DNA of 64,000 bases. Source: Rhizophagus irregularis (taxonomy: Eukaryota). Shown piece by piece: positions 1-13,471 of the stretch (positions within the stretch are counted from its first letter, which is position 1; the number at the start of each line of letters is the position of its first letter). The notes under the pieces were generated by a model that searched no databases, was not told where the DNA came from, and saw only the letters and a program-made list of their open reading frames with translations. Where the stretch lies: assembly GCF_026210795.1 (NCBI RefSeq), contig NC_089436.1, positions 1,674,001-1,738,000 of the forward strand, in the 5' to 3' direction. The position numbers and the translations under genes were made by a program.

Positions 1-692
1 TATACACAATTCCTCATTTTCTTGCCTTAACGAAGTTTCACAGTCGCTAGTAATGGGCTTCATCTTCTGATGCTCTTTTTGCTTAATATAATTTCCAACC
101 GCCTTATTTAACAAATCTTCCACTTCGGGATGGATACTACTTGCCTGTTCTATTGATAATGGATGTTTTCGTGAAGTAAGACGTCGCCATACATCTATTT
201 TGATGGAATGAGGGAGCTGGTTAAGTTGCTTTGAGTAATATACGTGAAAAGATGGTGTTAGTATACCGGTCGTTGTTACTGGCCGTAGCTAATAAAAAAT
301 TTTGAGAATTTTATAGATTCAGAAATTTTATAAGAAAATTTTGAGAATTTCCCCCAAAGGTGCTTTGCTACGCGCCAATATCACGGATTGCGTCACATCA
401 GATAGGGGATCTGCTAGAAAACTCCGATTGGCAAAAAATTCACGTGATTTTGGCAGGGGTGTCCCGGCTGAAATCTGCCAAGAATACATGATCACGTCTT
501 TCGTGATACAGATAATAAGTTTTTAACTATTTCGTTTTGTAATTGCTTATCTTCCAATTTCGCAATTCTGGCCTTAAGCTCAGCATTCCTGGCTTCAATC
601 TCAGCAAACTTCTTTCTAAGTTCGGCATTCTCGACTTCGAGCCTGGCAATGCATATTTTCAATGAATCGGTCTCATCTATTTCAGATTGCAT
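1..692 (-). CDS. Coiled-coil protein, probably spliced; continues off the left edge
   Basis: MQSEIDETDSLKICIARLEVENAELRKK heptads. A second open exon at ~1-290 follows a TTTTTATTAG acceptor. 37-170 is homologous to 52203-52336. Confidence 0.5.
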
Positions 693-913
693 GCTTGCGT
701 AATGTAGTATTAGTATGTTAATATTCAAAAATAAAAAACAGTTCCCTGAGGGAACGATCGGTCATGTGATTTTCCCTCACGGCCCGTAAGCGAAATTTGC
801 CAAGAAAAAATATTGTATAGTACATGAGAATATATGTTTGTGAAATCGACCACCAGGGTCAGTTTTTATTATAATACAAAATAATAGTACATCCATAATC
901 GAAGGAGCTAAAG

Positions 914-2540
914 CTAAAGAATTATCTCATCTATAATTTCGCAGTACTGGTCAGTAGTATCCCGAAACCTAGCGCTCATCCGAACATTTTTAAAGTCCCT
1001 GTCATGCCAAAAATGGACGACATTTAATCCCTTCTCTTGAAGCTTCTCAGATGGCCAATACGGATTAGTTACAACATAATCTTCACGGGAGAAGTGTACA
1101 ATCCAGATCTCTCGGGGATGGAGTTGCTCTTTATACTTAAACACTTGCTCAAAATGCCCATCCAATTTTGAAATTGAAGCCGTCGCTAACAGTTCAAGAA
1201 GAGCTTCCAGATGGGGATTTTCAGGCTTCTTTATGGTTAGGTCGCAATAGAGGTGATAGTAGTCCCCATCATCACAAACTTGTTCGAGGTGCCACTGACC
1301 AGTGATCTCATATCCATGGATCTTTCTTAACCAATTCACTAGGACCCGGTACATCTCTGCATCGTATGTACTTTCTTGGAACTTTGATATAATGTTCGAA
1401 TTCTGTCCCTGTGGAAATGATTGGAACTTTTGTATGAGCGGGAGGATCCTAGTGCTATTATACCTTGGTCGAAATCACGTACTGCGGTCTTTAAAATCTC
1501 CAAAATGTCTATAGATTTATCATCCCGTAATGGGATATCTGCAGAAGCATCCAAAACTTTGCTAATACTTCGTTTTTTAGCGATAGGGGTGGAAGAAACT
1601 AATGAATCTGACTTTGAGGAGACCGGCTTCTCTATTATCTCTTCTTGCAGGTTAGAAGTATCAGCTAAAGGTTTGCGACCTTTTTTTCCACTAACCTATA
1701 TAAAAGTAAACCCCCTCAGTAATAAGTATCATCATTGGGGGATAATGAAATAAAAAAAATAATATTTTTTAGAATGGTGATACTAGAAGTAACGACCATA
1801 TGGGATGCTCCTATATGAACCCATCTGCCCAAACACGGAATATTACTCAGTATACTTTTATCAAAAGGAAGGTACATAACCGAATCCTCCTCCAGAAACA
1901 GTAGACCTTTAATAAAAAGTATCGCCAAATAATCTCACAACATCTAACAGAATGAATATGCTAAAACACTGCAATAACCGAGGGCTTATATATCCCCAAG
2001 CGAAAGCTTCTTGTACCTAACATACCATATCTGAAAAATGTGTATTCGGGCCTGCAAAATAGAAACACATACCTTCTTCTTAAGTAAGAGATTTCTAACA
2101 ACTTCGTGAATCTCCTGCGAGGCCATCGGATCATCACGGAAAATATATAAGGTATTGTAAAATACTGTATGTGCCTCATTTCTTTCGGTAAGCCCAAACA
2201 TATTGGTTGACCAGGATATGAAATGCTGAAGAGACCATACTCCACACGGAAAGAGCCAAAAGTATTCGATTTTGCCTTTTTCAGAGACTCTTGATTTCTC
2301 TCTAAATATCTTAGCTTGTTTTTCAAGCTTCATAGCAGGTCCCCACTTCATACCATCCTTCATGAACTTTCTTTCTGTCATGTCTGGGAAGATCTGACCA
2401 TCTATTTTCTCTTTACGAAGGATCTTGAAATCGTCCTCATCGAGATTTATGTTCAGATCGCGTAAAAAATTAATGAGGGTCTCAGTATCCCAGTTTTCAG
2501 CCAACGTGGAGCGGTTTGAAAAAGATGTAGAAGTAGACAT
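914..2540 (-). pseudogene. SAM-domain + C-terminal PD-(D/E)xK-like nuclease (Crinkler-associated family), fragmented
   Basis: N-terminal WDTETLINFL..ILRKEKIDG..GMKWGPAMKL is SAM-like. C-terminal YRVLVNWL..EITGQWHL..CDLTI..LLELLATA is REase-like. Split over several frames. Confidence 0.6.
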
Positions 2541-2977
2541 GTTTTATTAATTTGTTAGAGGTAGAAAACCCAAAAATAGCTGATAAGGCACTTCGCAAGA
2601 AATACGTATAACGAACTTACCCTCTATGATATATGGCCTTTTATAAATAAGAAGAGACGCGCTAGAGTTTGTTTTTTGGTAAGAGACGCGTATACTTATG
2701 TTTTGTAACAATGCAATTAATACAGATTGGCATATTGCTATTTTAGTAAGATTAGCATTACATTATTCGGGAGTTAATCTAGAATAGGCAGATCGTAATA
2801 TTTTACCCCTTCCTGCATAAACCTGCAGGTGGTACATTTCATGGGTGGACAATATATTATTATTTTATTGAAAAAAGCTAATATAATACATTTTCCTATA
2901 TAGCACAGATGATACAGATTCGAATACTTGAAGCCTTGTAAGAAAACTGTGTCTGGCCGATCTTTTCCCATCATTGA

Positions 2978-3700
2978 TTAGCACCGTCTATATGCCCATT
3001 TTTTGTTTTGAGAATCTTCTAACCATACTTTATATTTATACCACCAGTCACTAGTTAGCCGACTATAGGTTTTTATGGATTCTATGTCACGTGGTCCCAA
3101 CATATCCTTTCTAACAAAATACCTAAAAATGCGATTTTCTTCAGTATCAAGATAATATTTGGGATTCTGTGTCCATTTTACCATGATAGGCCATTCAAAT
3201 ACACCAGAAAGAAGTTCATAACCTTCTTGTTGTAATAATTTTTTAACAAGTTCAAAGCTTGACCAATTTAACCAGTACGCTAATTGTTCTCGTTTCTCTT
3301 CTGCCCAAGTTCTAGCAGTATAAAGGGTATAACCATTATATTGCATGTTAAAATGCCATTCTTTCCAGATATATCTTATTAGTTTTCCATTAATATAATA
3401 ATAATACTCATCTGGATGAATAATACCTAAATACTTCCATATGTCAGGAGTACTATCATTCCTCACCGCCTCCCAAATCTGTTTTGCCAAAGATTCAGGT
3501 CTCTTCTTGTAATTCCTGTAAGCTCGCTGGATAACTGTTGCATATAAATTTTCAAAGCCGTAATTATAGTATTTAGGAATCAAGATCCCCAAGATCGCTT
3601 CATTGATCTTCCTGAAATACTTTATTAAAATAGTTATACAATATTGGAGGATCTAACCCAGAATAGATGGATCATGCATATTCCACATAAAATGCAGGTG
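2978..3700 (-). CDS. Hypothetical aromatic-rich protein with IQ-like motif (IQRAYRNY)
   Basis: 204-aa ORF. Decayed paralogs at ~54290-55150 and ~55290-55900. Confidence 0.5.
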
Positions 3701-3847
3701 ATACATTTCACAATTATACTAGGCGATCATGTATGCAGATTATATAGCGTAAAAAAATAAAGTATAAGTTATACATTGCGCCTTTAGCTAAATGATATTA
3801 ATCTTCAATAGTCTATAATTAATATATTTCTCAGTCAGTTAAACCAG

Positions 3848-4717
3848 TTAAACGAATGTGATTTTTGTACCATCTCTCAATCTTAATGCGGGTACTCCGT
3901 TTCGATTAAGATGGTCTATAGATGGTAATAAGTTATTTTGTTTAGCATACCGAGATGAGATAAATATTTCACTTGTATTACTTTTGCAATTTGATGATTG
4001 ATGTAAAACTGGCGAAATCATTTCTTGCCCGGTATTAGTAATATAAACTGGCTCGAATTTTAGAGCACTTGGGATAGTATTTTTTGCCATAGTTGTTTTA
4101 ACCTGTGTGTATGTTTCATAGCCAATTGTACGAGAATCATAATCATATGATATCGATGCCAATTTATCCTTCTCTGAGTGTGAAAGAGATTGGGATGCAA
4201 GTTCCAATTGGAGACGATTAATTTTAGCCTCTTCTTGTAATATGTATTGTCTATATTGCCAGATCTGAAATTCCCTTCTATCAATAGATTTGAGAATTTC
4301 ATTTCTTCTTGCATGTTCATTCGAAATAGTATTTCCAGAAATACATCTTTTCAAGTGGCTATCTCGATAGGTTATGGCAAGACCATCAAGGCCATTTTCA
4401 GATATGAAAACTAAGGAGTCACATACACTACAATATATGTAATTTGATGGAAGACCATGGACTCTATCACTTCTTTCAATTAAATTTCCATGCATCGTAA
4501 TATATCCATTCTTAGAAAGGATTTCCCTGGAATAGTTATCTTCTAGTATTTTCCTAAATGGATCACGAATACGAGAGCACCACATTTCTGGTGTTTCGTG
4601 ATCATGTCTTTTTGTTAAAGGGCTTAATCTTTCAAGTATTCTTCTATAATCTTCAGAGCCTCCATGAGTATTCCATGCATCAATTAGCTTAGAATAGGCT
4701 TTACTATCTAAATCCAT
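3848..4717 (-). CDS. Hypothetical protein with CxxC..HxxxC zinc-finger-like motif
   Basis: Intact 289-aa ORF. Decayed homolog at ~56010-56360 (shared CACCACATTTCTGGTGTTTC). Confidence 0.6.
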   Translation of the reverse strand: MDLDSKAYSKLIDAWNTHGGSEDYRRILERLSPLTKRHDHETPEMWCSRIRDPFRKILEDNYSREILSKNGYITMHGNLIERSDRVHGLPSNYIYCSVCDSLVFISENGLDGLAITYRDSHLKRCISGNTISNEHARRNEILKSIDRREFQIWQYRQYILQEEAKINRLQLELASQSLSHSEKDKLASISYDYDSRTIGYETYTQVKTTMAKNTIPSALKFEPVYITNTGQEMISPVLHQSSNCKSNTSEIFISSRYAKQNNLLPSIDHLNRNGVPALRLRDGTKITFV

Positions 4718-5332
4718 ATTAGCGTTTTGGTAGAATAACAGAATATAACGATTTTATTGATTTTAGCCGATTTTAGCAATTTTAGATGATTTAGCAATAT
4801 TATACTATAATAAATATCGGATTCAAATTTATAAGCAACTTTATCGATTTGTAGCCGATTTGGTGGGACTACATATTACTAAACTCAAATTCATTTTTAT
4901 TCGATTATAGGGATTTATATAGGGTCATATCCCTTCGGATTTTATATTTACATGCATATGCACAGCATCTTCGGCTAAATCAGTTTGTGGCATGATGTAC
5001 TGTATATCGTATCACATGAGATCCCCACCAGTTCCTCGATAGTTCTAGGAGAGTTCCAGGAGCTGATGAGTTTCTATAAGTCATGAGATGGTCGGCCCTA
5101 TAAAAAATTATACAGACATCATTCCGCATATAGCATACATTAAAAAACATTAGGAGATTAAAAAGGAGAAAAAGTTCACTATGTGAACAAAACTTTATTT
5201 GATATGCACATGCAAAGCTAATTAATTGACAGGCGAAAATAATCTAAAGGGAAGGATTATCAAATATATATATTTTGGATTTCAAATTCTCTGACGCCCC
5301 GTCAGAAAATCACGTGACTGTGGCGCAGTAGC

Positions 5333-7000
5333 CTATCTAAATTTCTCTCCAAGAGTATCGATATCTTCCCAGCTTAATCCATAGATATGCGACACTGGGG
5401 TCTTTACCCGCTGTATCTTTTCAAACCCAATGGTGCTAAATAAATCATAAATCTTTCTTGCTCTTTCTATCCTTTTCTCAATAGTATTTTTCGATAGATC
5501 GCTTGGGAGTTGCTTTGTAACTTCTTTGACGAGCATTCTCTGAGCCTTACGGTCTCTATGGAGACTTTTGAATCTATCAAACATATTTTCAAGTTCTTCC
5601 CCAAACGAATAATATCGCAAAATAATCTCTTGATTTGTAGCTCTATTTTTTTCTTCAGCTGTAAGGATCGCATTATATAAATCAGTAAGATTGCCTCGGT
5701 CTGCGATTGTGGGTTGTGTATCAGTGGTACTCGATGCAGAGCTTGGTGTTGCTAACTCCTTGATAAGCCTTTTCAGAGTAGGTGATTCCCCGACATTAGT
5801 TAAGGTCTTCTGCTTTTTGCTAGATGATTTTTCGGTAGAAGCAGGTTCCATAGTACGTTTATTCTGCGTGGTACTCGAGCCCTGGGTTTCAAAATTGTTG
5901 GTTACTGTTTCATCGTCGTCAGTTTCCATATCATCAGTTTCCGTATCATTAGTTGATGGACATATAGGGCATAGCTTTCGTGGATTATCGATACAGTTGT
6001 AATGGACAATATGCTTGCAGGTTAAATATACGAGCGGTTTCGAAGGACCTTGAGGTTGAGGGGCGATTCGAAGAAAGCCTAGAGGAGGGAGGGACGAAGA
6101 AAGGTCTTCAGAGCATTTAGCGCATCTCAAAGTACTTTTGTCTTGCTGAGTTACTGGACCCTCGATCCCTAACATCCGTATAGGCGGTGAAGATAGGGCA
6201 AACGTTCCCATTGAAGGTGAAATTCCACTCGATTGGGAGGTCATTCTGGGATCCGGATTGGAAATGATACCAGCTTTATCTAAGATGTCCACACTCTTTC
6301 CACAGTCGGGGGCTGGACATGCGCTTGGAGTGCCAATAAAAAGTCTATTTTCGATACAGAGTCTGTGAAAAATATGTCCGCAACTGAGGTATGTGAACGC
6401 CTTGAGAGGGGACATTAAAATGTCATTGCCACATTCAGAGCATGAACCTAGTTCTGGGAAATCAATATCTCTAACAGTCTTATCTTCGAGACTTTTGAGG
6501 ATATTATATCCAAGGTTTCTAAGGTTAATAAGAGAGGATCTCTCAGATTCCGAAATACTGCTCTTTTCTCTACCTCCATAATCGACTATGCTGTATTGGA
6601 AAGGTAATAATGGATCACTATTATCTGCCTTACCACATGAGCAAAGTAATGTTCCATCTTTATACATTGTTTTCGCACAAGTCCAATGGATCATATCGCC
6701 ACAAACGTTTAAAACGAGCGCTCTAGGTGGATCTTCTGCCAAAATGGGGGTACTACACTCTCCACACGGCCCATAATCCGGGATAGTGTTGTTGGATTTA
6801 ATCGATGAAAAATCTGGCTCTTCACGAAGAATGTCCTCTGGAAGATACTTTAATATATTTAACGCAATTGATTTAAGGGATTTGTTGCGTCTTGGTTGCA
6901 CTTCGTAAATATCTCTTCTTTGTGTGTTGCCGATTGGGTCCATATTGATTTCATCAGCAGTGATCGCTTCCAAATTAACTGAGCTCTCTTGGTTCTCCAT
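5333..7000 (-). CDS. Multi-RING-finger protein (three RING-like units) with helical C-terminal domain
   Basis: CxxC..CGDMIHWTC..CSC, CSEC..CGHIFHRLC..CPAPDC and CAKC..CKHIVHYNC..CPIC. Intact 555 aa. Confidence 0.8.
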   Translation of the reverse strand: MENQESSVNLEAITADEINMDPIGNTQRRDIYEVQPRRNKSLKSIALNILKYLPEDILREEPDFSSIKSNNTIPDYGPCGECSTPILAEDPPRALVLNVCGDMIHWTCAKTMYKDGTLLCSCGKADNSDPLLPFQYSIVDYGGREKSSISESERSSLINLRNLGYNILKSLEDKTVRDIDFPELGSCSECGNDILMSPLKAFTYLSCGHIFHRLCIENRLFIGTPSACPAPDCGKSVDILDKAGIISNPDPRMTSQSSGISPSMGTFALSSPPIRMLGIEGPVTQQDKSTLRCAKCSEDLSSSLPPLGFLRIAPQPQGPSKPLVYLTCKHIVHYNCIDNPRKLCPICPSTNDTETDDMETDDDETVTNNFETQGSSTTQNKRTMEPASTEKSSSKKQKTLTNVGESPTLKRLIKELATPSSASSTTDTQPTIADRGNLTDLYNAILTAEEKNRATNQEIILRYYSFGEELENMFDRFKSLHRDRKAQRMLVKEVTKQLPSDLSKNTIEKRIERARKIYDLFSTIGFEKIQRVKTPVSHIYGLSWEDIDTLGEKFR

Positions 7001-7511
7001 ACCTACCCACTTACCACGCTTGTAGCCAGAAAAAAAATAGCTATCTTGCTGGCTAAAGCTAAAGACGGGTTTTTATATCACTTGTAAATTTCGTAGGAGA
7101 AAACATTCCCCGGATTTTCACCAGCAATTACGCACTGCATTTCGTCATTCCGTTAATCCCCTGCAAATCGATAAAAATGACTTCATGATTAGCATAGATA
7201 TCCCGATCCCATATGCGAAATAATGATTGCTGGAAAAAATATCCATACCCGATTATTGTTTTGTCAGTATGATAGTAGCGTGGCCGGAGACATGACATGC
7301 AAAAATAAATGCAAATCGAATTAGAAAAAAAAAAATAATGTGAATATATATGCGAATCCACGTCACACAGCCCCTATTCTTCGGCAAGAATTTTACCGAA
7401 TATCTTCTGCGCATTTCAGGTGATCGGCCCACATGACGAATATAGAGATGACGTTAATATCTAAGCCACCAACGTGATTCGAAAAAAGAAATGGAGAGAT
7501 AATAGGACTCA

Positions 7512-8150
7512 TCATTGGGGAGGTTTTCCTTTCGTAACCTCCATCACGATAATAATAACCTCTATCGTATCACGTTCATCATATTCATTAAATCCGCCAT
7601 ATCCATTATATCCATCATCATCCGAATCGTCTGGCATCTCCTCTTCAGAATCACTAGAATCGTTATCATCTTCTGACTTAACTTTGTTCGATCCTTCCTC
7701 CTTTAAATCCTCCTCATCAAAATACACATCATAATAGTCTTCATTTGAAACTAAGGATTTCGCTTGCGCCTCTGGTGTCTTAGCGATTACTTCAGACTTT
7801 TTTTCAATCGCTTCATTCATTCCTTCTTCCTTAAAAACCTCCTCATCAAAATAAACTGTAACATTGAGGTGTCACTAGAGATATCGTCTGAATCGTTAGT
7901 TGAAGTAGTAGCCATGGTATCAGAGGTTTTGTTCACACGACTCTGGTGATCACTAGTGATCGTTTTCGAATTAACTTGATCTATAATGTATTGGATTTGG
8001 GGATTTTTGAGTCTTGAAATACTATCAGCATTACAAGTGATACGCTGGACCTTCTTTAGGGTTATGGGGTCATATTCAAACCCAAATAACTTATTTATTT
8101 TTCTTGCCTTACAGGTCATTACGTAAATATCCATTTGAAACGTATGGTTT
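7512..8150 (-). pseudogene. Fragmented hypothetical protein with acidic tail
   Basis: Adjacent ORFs 7817-8134 and 7512-7820 in different frames; D/E-rich end. Confidence 0.4.
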
Positions 8151-8434
8151 CATTTCCTAAATCTCGGATTGTATGTTTTGGCATAGCTTTATATATCCGA
8201 TAATATACTTAAAATGTGTTAACTATAGAGTAGCAAAAAAGAAATTTCCAAATTCCAACCATGTCTGGGTTTCTAGTATCGGCAATAATTTTTCCGAAGT
8301 ACTGTATACTGCGGTTCATTATAATCAACGGTTATAAATACCATTATTTTTAAGATCCGACATAATTTTAATATAAATAAATTAAATCATGTCTTGTCCT
8401 TTCTACAAAATTAATAAACTGGTACCGATAACCG

Positions 8435-9160
8435 ATGGAAGGTCAACAACCTAATCAACAACAGGGAGGTCAACAACCTAATCAACAACAGGGAGGTCAA
8501 CCTAACCCAGCTTTACAAACATGGTACGCGAAATCGTGGGAAGTCTCGAAAAGAATTTATGGTAAAAAAGTTTTCTGCGCCGTTTCTTTGCTAGTCAACA
8601 TATCAATAATCTGTATATTATATCTTTAGAATACTTTAACGCTCTCGTTAAAGTTATTGGAGTGATAGGATCGTTTATATCTTTTTTAATTTACTTTTTC
8701 CGAATAATGGGAGTATGTACAGTAACCTTTATCTGATCAGCATACTATATCAGTAGTTCATTTATAAATGATGCCACCTGTTTCACATAATAACATCTTG
8801 ATTTTTTAGGCGGTGGAAAAATTGGAAAAAACTATGAATGCAGGTTTTAAAGACATTGACCGTAAACTCGATTTCGTTAATAAAGAAATCTCGGTAATGA
8901 ACAAAGAGGTTACAGTCACAAATAAAATATTTGAGGGCAAACTCGGTCTGATCGAGGGCGGACTTGAGCTCGTAAATAAAGAGATTGCAATTAAACGCGA
9001 ACCTGCTATAAATTCGGAGGTAAGAATTTGTGAGCCATATTGAATAATTTTGTTGTTTGATTAATCTAAATTATGTCAATTACAGAATTGGAATTATATG
9101 AATATTATTGTAATTCTCGTGATTCTTGTTGTACTTGTCGTCCTTTTGAAAAGATAAACG
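8435..9160 (+). CDS. Small spliced protein: Q/G/P repeat N-terminus, hydrophobic segments, coiled coil
   Basis: 27-bp tandem repeat (GGQQPNQQQ) at ~8440-8505 and GT..AG introns. One of only two plus-strand genes in the block. Confidence 0.45.
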
Positions 9161-9703
9161 AAAAATTCACCTGTAGGGCCAATGTCGCTCGTTTTATTAT
9201 GAAAGAATTAAGAGTATGGCTTTAGGGAAACTTCTTCTCGCAAATCACTACAAATTTATGTGAAAAAAAATTATTGCTTAATAATAATAGGTCTCTGCTA
9301 ACTTGCTAAGCTGTGTATTTATATTGGTTAAAGCATAACCTTTGTAAGTAATAAATTTCATATAAAAAATAAATAAATAAACAGTAGATTGCATGAAATA
9401 CATACTGTATATAAACCGGTCATTCTTTTTATTCATATAGCCCGATGTGGGCAAACTTTATTAATAAAATGCACACACGCTTAAAAAATTCGAAGTAAAA
9501 TCTTTATTATATTTTTGTAAAGCTGGCTGGCTAAGAAAAATGAATGTAAAAAATGGTAGAGAGCGGGATATTTCTACTCAGTATTATTATCTAACCATCT
9601 GCTAATTAACTTTACTGTACTATATTTCGAATCACTGTATCCATAATAAAAACTTTTTATAGTAGCCCTTTTCCCCGTAAGTTATTTCACAAACTACATA
9701 TAG

Positions 9704-10342
9704 TCAACAGAATAGCTTAAGTTCCAGTCTTGTAGTTTTTTGTTGATCGTTTCCCAAGGAAACGGTTTTTGTGCTACTTTCGATTTCATCATTTCTTAGA
9801 GAAATTTCTGTAACAAGCAATAAGTTGGAAGGGACAGTTGACTCACGTTGAATTTTCTTCTCCCTATTGCGTTGCCTTATCCCATCACTAACACTTTTCT
9901 TATGTGCGAAAGCTTCCATTTTCCTATCCTCCGATAACTTCTGATCTCTCAAACAAGATGGCGCCTTATTACACTGATCTGTAATGGAACTAGGCACATT
10001 GACAACTACTTCGGAAATATCTTTGGTTGGCTGTTTGCTTTCCTCATCGCCATCCCTTAGTTTCACCACTTCGGCTTTAAACTCATCAATCACGCCTAAC
10101 ATTCTTGGCCAAGAATCTCGATTCTAGTCTTGAGTTCTGCATTCTCAGCATCACGTTTCTTACTCTCTTCCATAGCCTGTCTTAGAGCTTCGGCAAGTCC
10201 GGCCTTAAGCTCAACTTTCTCGGACTTAAATTTGGCTAACTTTCTTTTAAGATCAGGCATTCGCCATTCTAAGCTCTGCAATCTCAACTAAGAGTTTAGC
10301 ATTTAATTCTCTTAGTGAATCAATGGAGTGAGAATTTGTCAT
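9704..10342 (-). pseudogene. Coiled-coil protein, frameshifted; related to the 492-692 family
   Basis: MTNSHSIDSLRELNAK.. followed by DAENAELKTRIEIL heptads across frames. Confidence 0.45.
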
Positions 10343-10469
10343 TATTTTTTTACAAAATATGCGATATATTCAAAATAATAAAAATCACACGTTTTTCCTT
10401 ACGAAGAAAAATTTTTATTAATACATGTAAAAAATAAATACAAATTCGGGACGTAGCCTGCAATACATA

Positions 10470-11640
10470 TTATTTTTTGATAAATTTTTTGATCCTAGCC
10501 CTCTTGCTAGTTGGGGAACTATCTCCACTAACCCGATCCTTCAATAACCCTACAATTATGCCGATTACCCTTTTTACATTGCTTCGAAGTAATTCAGGAT
10601 TATCTTTAACTGCAGACTTTGTGAGATTAATTTGGTATTCACTTCCACTCGTAGAGTATATACCATCCGGAGTATATATTATAAAATGCCACTCCGTACC
10701 TGTAGTCACAATGCCATAGAGATAGTCGAAATAATCTTCATTAAACGCTTGATCCGCTGTTCGTTTTTTCTTATTTGTTTGGAACGCACTTTCAAGTTGC
10801 GCCAGATTCTAAGAAATATAATACATCACTCTTTAGTCGTTTCAAAACCAGTAGACTAAGAAGACAAACCGTCCTACCTGCGCATATCCAATCTTAATAT
10901 TACGTGGTTTCCCTTCGGTGATGCAAAGAAGTTCTTCTAGACTTTTGATTGCATAATCTACTCGGCCTGTCGCATCTTCACCAGAAATATCTTTTTGTAA
11001 AACTATGAATATATCTTGAGAGGTGAGTTTTTTAGCGATGGCAATTGACGCATGTAATATAGCTGAAATAAATTCACAGCGTGTTGCCTCGTTAGCATCG
11101 GTCATGGTCTCCACGTTCGAAAGTTTTAAGATAATGTCCTCCATACAATGATCGAATGCCTTATCTTCATCACTAATCTCCTCGTAGACTACAGAGAAAA
11201 ATAAAGTTAATATAGCTATCTAGTCAGCTTCGAAAAATAATCACCTACCAGGAGTGAATTGCTTGATGTTTGTTATATCTTCCCCATTGACCTTATTTCT
11301 ACGTAACATTTCCTTCAGGTCGTCGAGAGTTTTAAGCGAGGAATAGTTTCGTAATTTCTGACTGAGACCTTCGATAAATTCTGCAAGAACTGTTGCTGGA
11401 CCTAATGTGAGGCCAATACTGTGAAAGTCCTCTTTAGTTAACTTGAGAAAGGCTAGACCGGTGATTTCTTCCTTTCGTAAAATTTTAAAGTGAGACTCTT
11501 TGAGCTTCAGGTCTTTCCTCCCCAAATATTCGATAAGCTCCTCTGTATTAAAATCCTTAATCGACGTCTGACATCGTTCTAGTGGGAATTTCTTCTGTTA
11601 TTGAGGCGGGTGAAGCAGGTGAAGAAGCTTGTGAAGACAT
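10470..11640 (-). pseudogene. SAM-domain + REase (HsdR-N-like PD-(D/E)xK) protein; 3 exons, one frameshift near 11560
   Basis: SAM: ILRKEEITGLAFLKLTKEDF..GLTLGPA. Nuclease: GRVDYAI..ITEGK..GYAQ and GIVTTGTEWHF. Confidence 0.7.
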
Positions 11641-12012
11641 AGTGTTTATATATATGTGCTTGTGTTTGTGCTTGCGAAAAAATATGTACTTGACTGCAGT
11701 TACAGGTAAAGCTGGTTTATGGATATAAAAGTATTTTGGTTTCCGGTGTAAAGCGCTCGGAGAGAAATGATAGATTTTTTGTATCGATTCATAATGCATT
11801 TGCCCAATATATATGCAATTAAGATGTAGTACAGGATTGTCAGGCGATTATGTTACATCATTACACGTGACATTTTTCAAGAAGAACAGATCCTGAAAGG
11901 ACCACGTAAATAATATTTTATTTATGAAATAAAAAAAGTTGCCGGAAGCCGGCCTACAATACATAAAATTGCGAATATATCGCTACATGATACGAATGAA
12001 AAATTCTTACTA

Positions 12013-12312
12013 CTAGGGGTATACAGTGATATGGAAGTGCTCTGCTTTAGGTTCCTCAGAAAAATAATCGGAAATAGTGTCCTCATACCCATCCATTTCC
12101 TTTTCAATACCACCGGCTTGAATTATACAAATTTTTTTGAGAATGATATTATTAAATGGTGCCCCCAATCTGCTTCTAATTGCAGTCTGAAGGTCAATAT
12201 AACTTCCATTTTTGCGAATTGAAATTGCCTGCATTACTTTAATGCATGGAATATTCACAAGTTCTCCTATAGGAACAATAAGACAATTGAGAGTAATGTT
12301 TTCATCGGTCAT
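12013..12312 (-). CDS. Crinkler (CRN) N-terminal ubiquitin-like domain, stand-alone
   Basis: ITLNCLIV at the start; ends ISDYFSEEPKAEHFHITVYP, matching the CRN HVLVxxP terminal motif. Confidence 0.7.
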   Translation of the reverse strand: MTDENITLNCLIVPIGELVNIPCIKVMQAISIRKNGSYIDLQTAIRSRLGAPFNNIILKKICIIQAGGIEKEMDGYEDTISDYFSEEPKAEHFHITVYP

Positions 12313-12914
12313 TTTTGATTCCTAAATACAAGACCCATGGTGAGAAAAACTCATTCCCATACATACATAACTTCTGGCATATACATACCTTATTTTGCGT
12401 TAGCTACGCTAGTGAAACTATTTTACAGGAATATTTTTGCGGAAAGTTGGCTGAACTTCCACATACCTCTACATGCTTTATATCTTGCTGGGAAAAAGAT
12501 AAGGAGGTATGAGGCGTAATTAGTATTGTCGTCTGATGCCAAGAGTTCCATGAAAGCATATGTAAACGGAACCCTCATACCTTTTCACATGTAGATCTAC
12601 CGGAGAGACATAGTTGGCTTTACGCCTGCTGATCTCGGAATTGCGACTCCACTAGCCTTTCATAACATATGCTTTTGTCAGCACTATTTACTTTTAGAGT
12701 TGGTCCTGTGTTGCATGTAGACCTCCTTTCACATTTTTCTCATGTTGGTTTGGGGAAAAAATAGAGGTACTGGTTAGTATATATTTTTTTTTTCGAATAT
12801 ATATGCGAAATTAATATGTCGTACAGACCTAACTGATGATCCACTTATTTTTCTGTAGCACAATCTGTGGCCCAGCAAATTCTTCCGAGCTGAAGAGGTC
12901 TTAAAGGGACCAGA

Positions 12915-13319
12915 TCATTGACCTCGGACTGACCAATATATACCATCCGGCCAGGTCCTGGAGGGACCCCATATTTCTGATCGAAGTTCAAGTGGATAAT
13001 ATGGTAATTCTATTAGACTTATTATTTGTGGGAGATAAATAACATTGGATTGTAAGAGTACATGGAATAATGACGTTGGATTACTTACACTGGGTAGACT
13101 ATATACAAATCGCTTAAGTATTTTCTCTCTCCAATACTTGACCACTTTTGTGTTCCAATGGGTCTTAATTTCACAAAAAAGGTCATCCCAGTCGTGCCAA
13201 TCATCATAAATAGTCCAATCCTCTTCTCTCTGTCCATATTCTTTGGTAAATTCATTGAAGGCTTTCTCCTTCTCAGCATCTATATCCTCATCAAACATTT
13301 TGCTAATATTGTAGATCAA
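12915..13319 (-). CDS. Hypothetical Trp/acidic protein
   Basis: 134-aa ORF between two ~140-bp direct repeats. Confidence 0.4.
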   Translation of the reverse strand: MIYNISKMFDEDIDAEKEKAFNEFTKEYGQREEDWTIYDDWHDWDDLFCEIKTHWNTKVVKYWREKILKRFVYSLPSVSNPTSLFHVLLQSNVIYLPQIISLIELPYYPLELRSEIWGPSRTWPDGIYWSVRGQ

Positions 13320-13471
13320 TTATACTTAATAAAAAATAAAGTACTGGTAGCGTGCATAGCTTCTTTTCAGTATATGCGAAAATTAATATGCTTTAGCGCC
13401 TTAACGGCTGTCGCACAAGACCTGTCTGATGATCCACTTATTTTTTGTCGCACAGGAGTGGCCCAGCAAAT

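Noticed and set aside
5060..5095. CTGATGAG as a hammerhead ribozyme core
   Set aside because: No GAAA after stem II, and the homolog at ~56800 reads CTGGCGAG.
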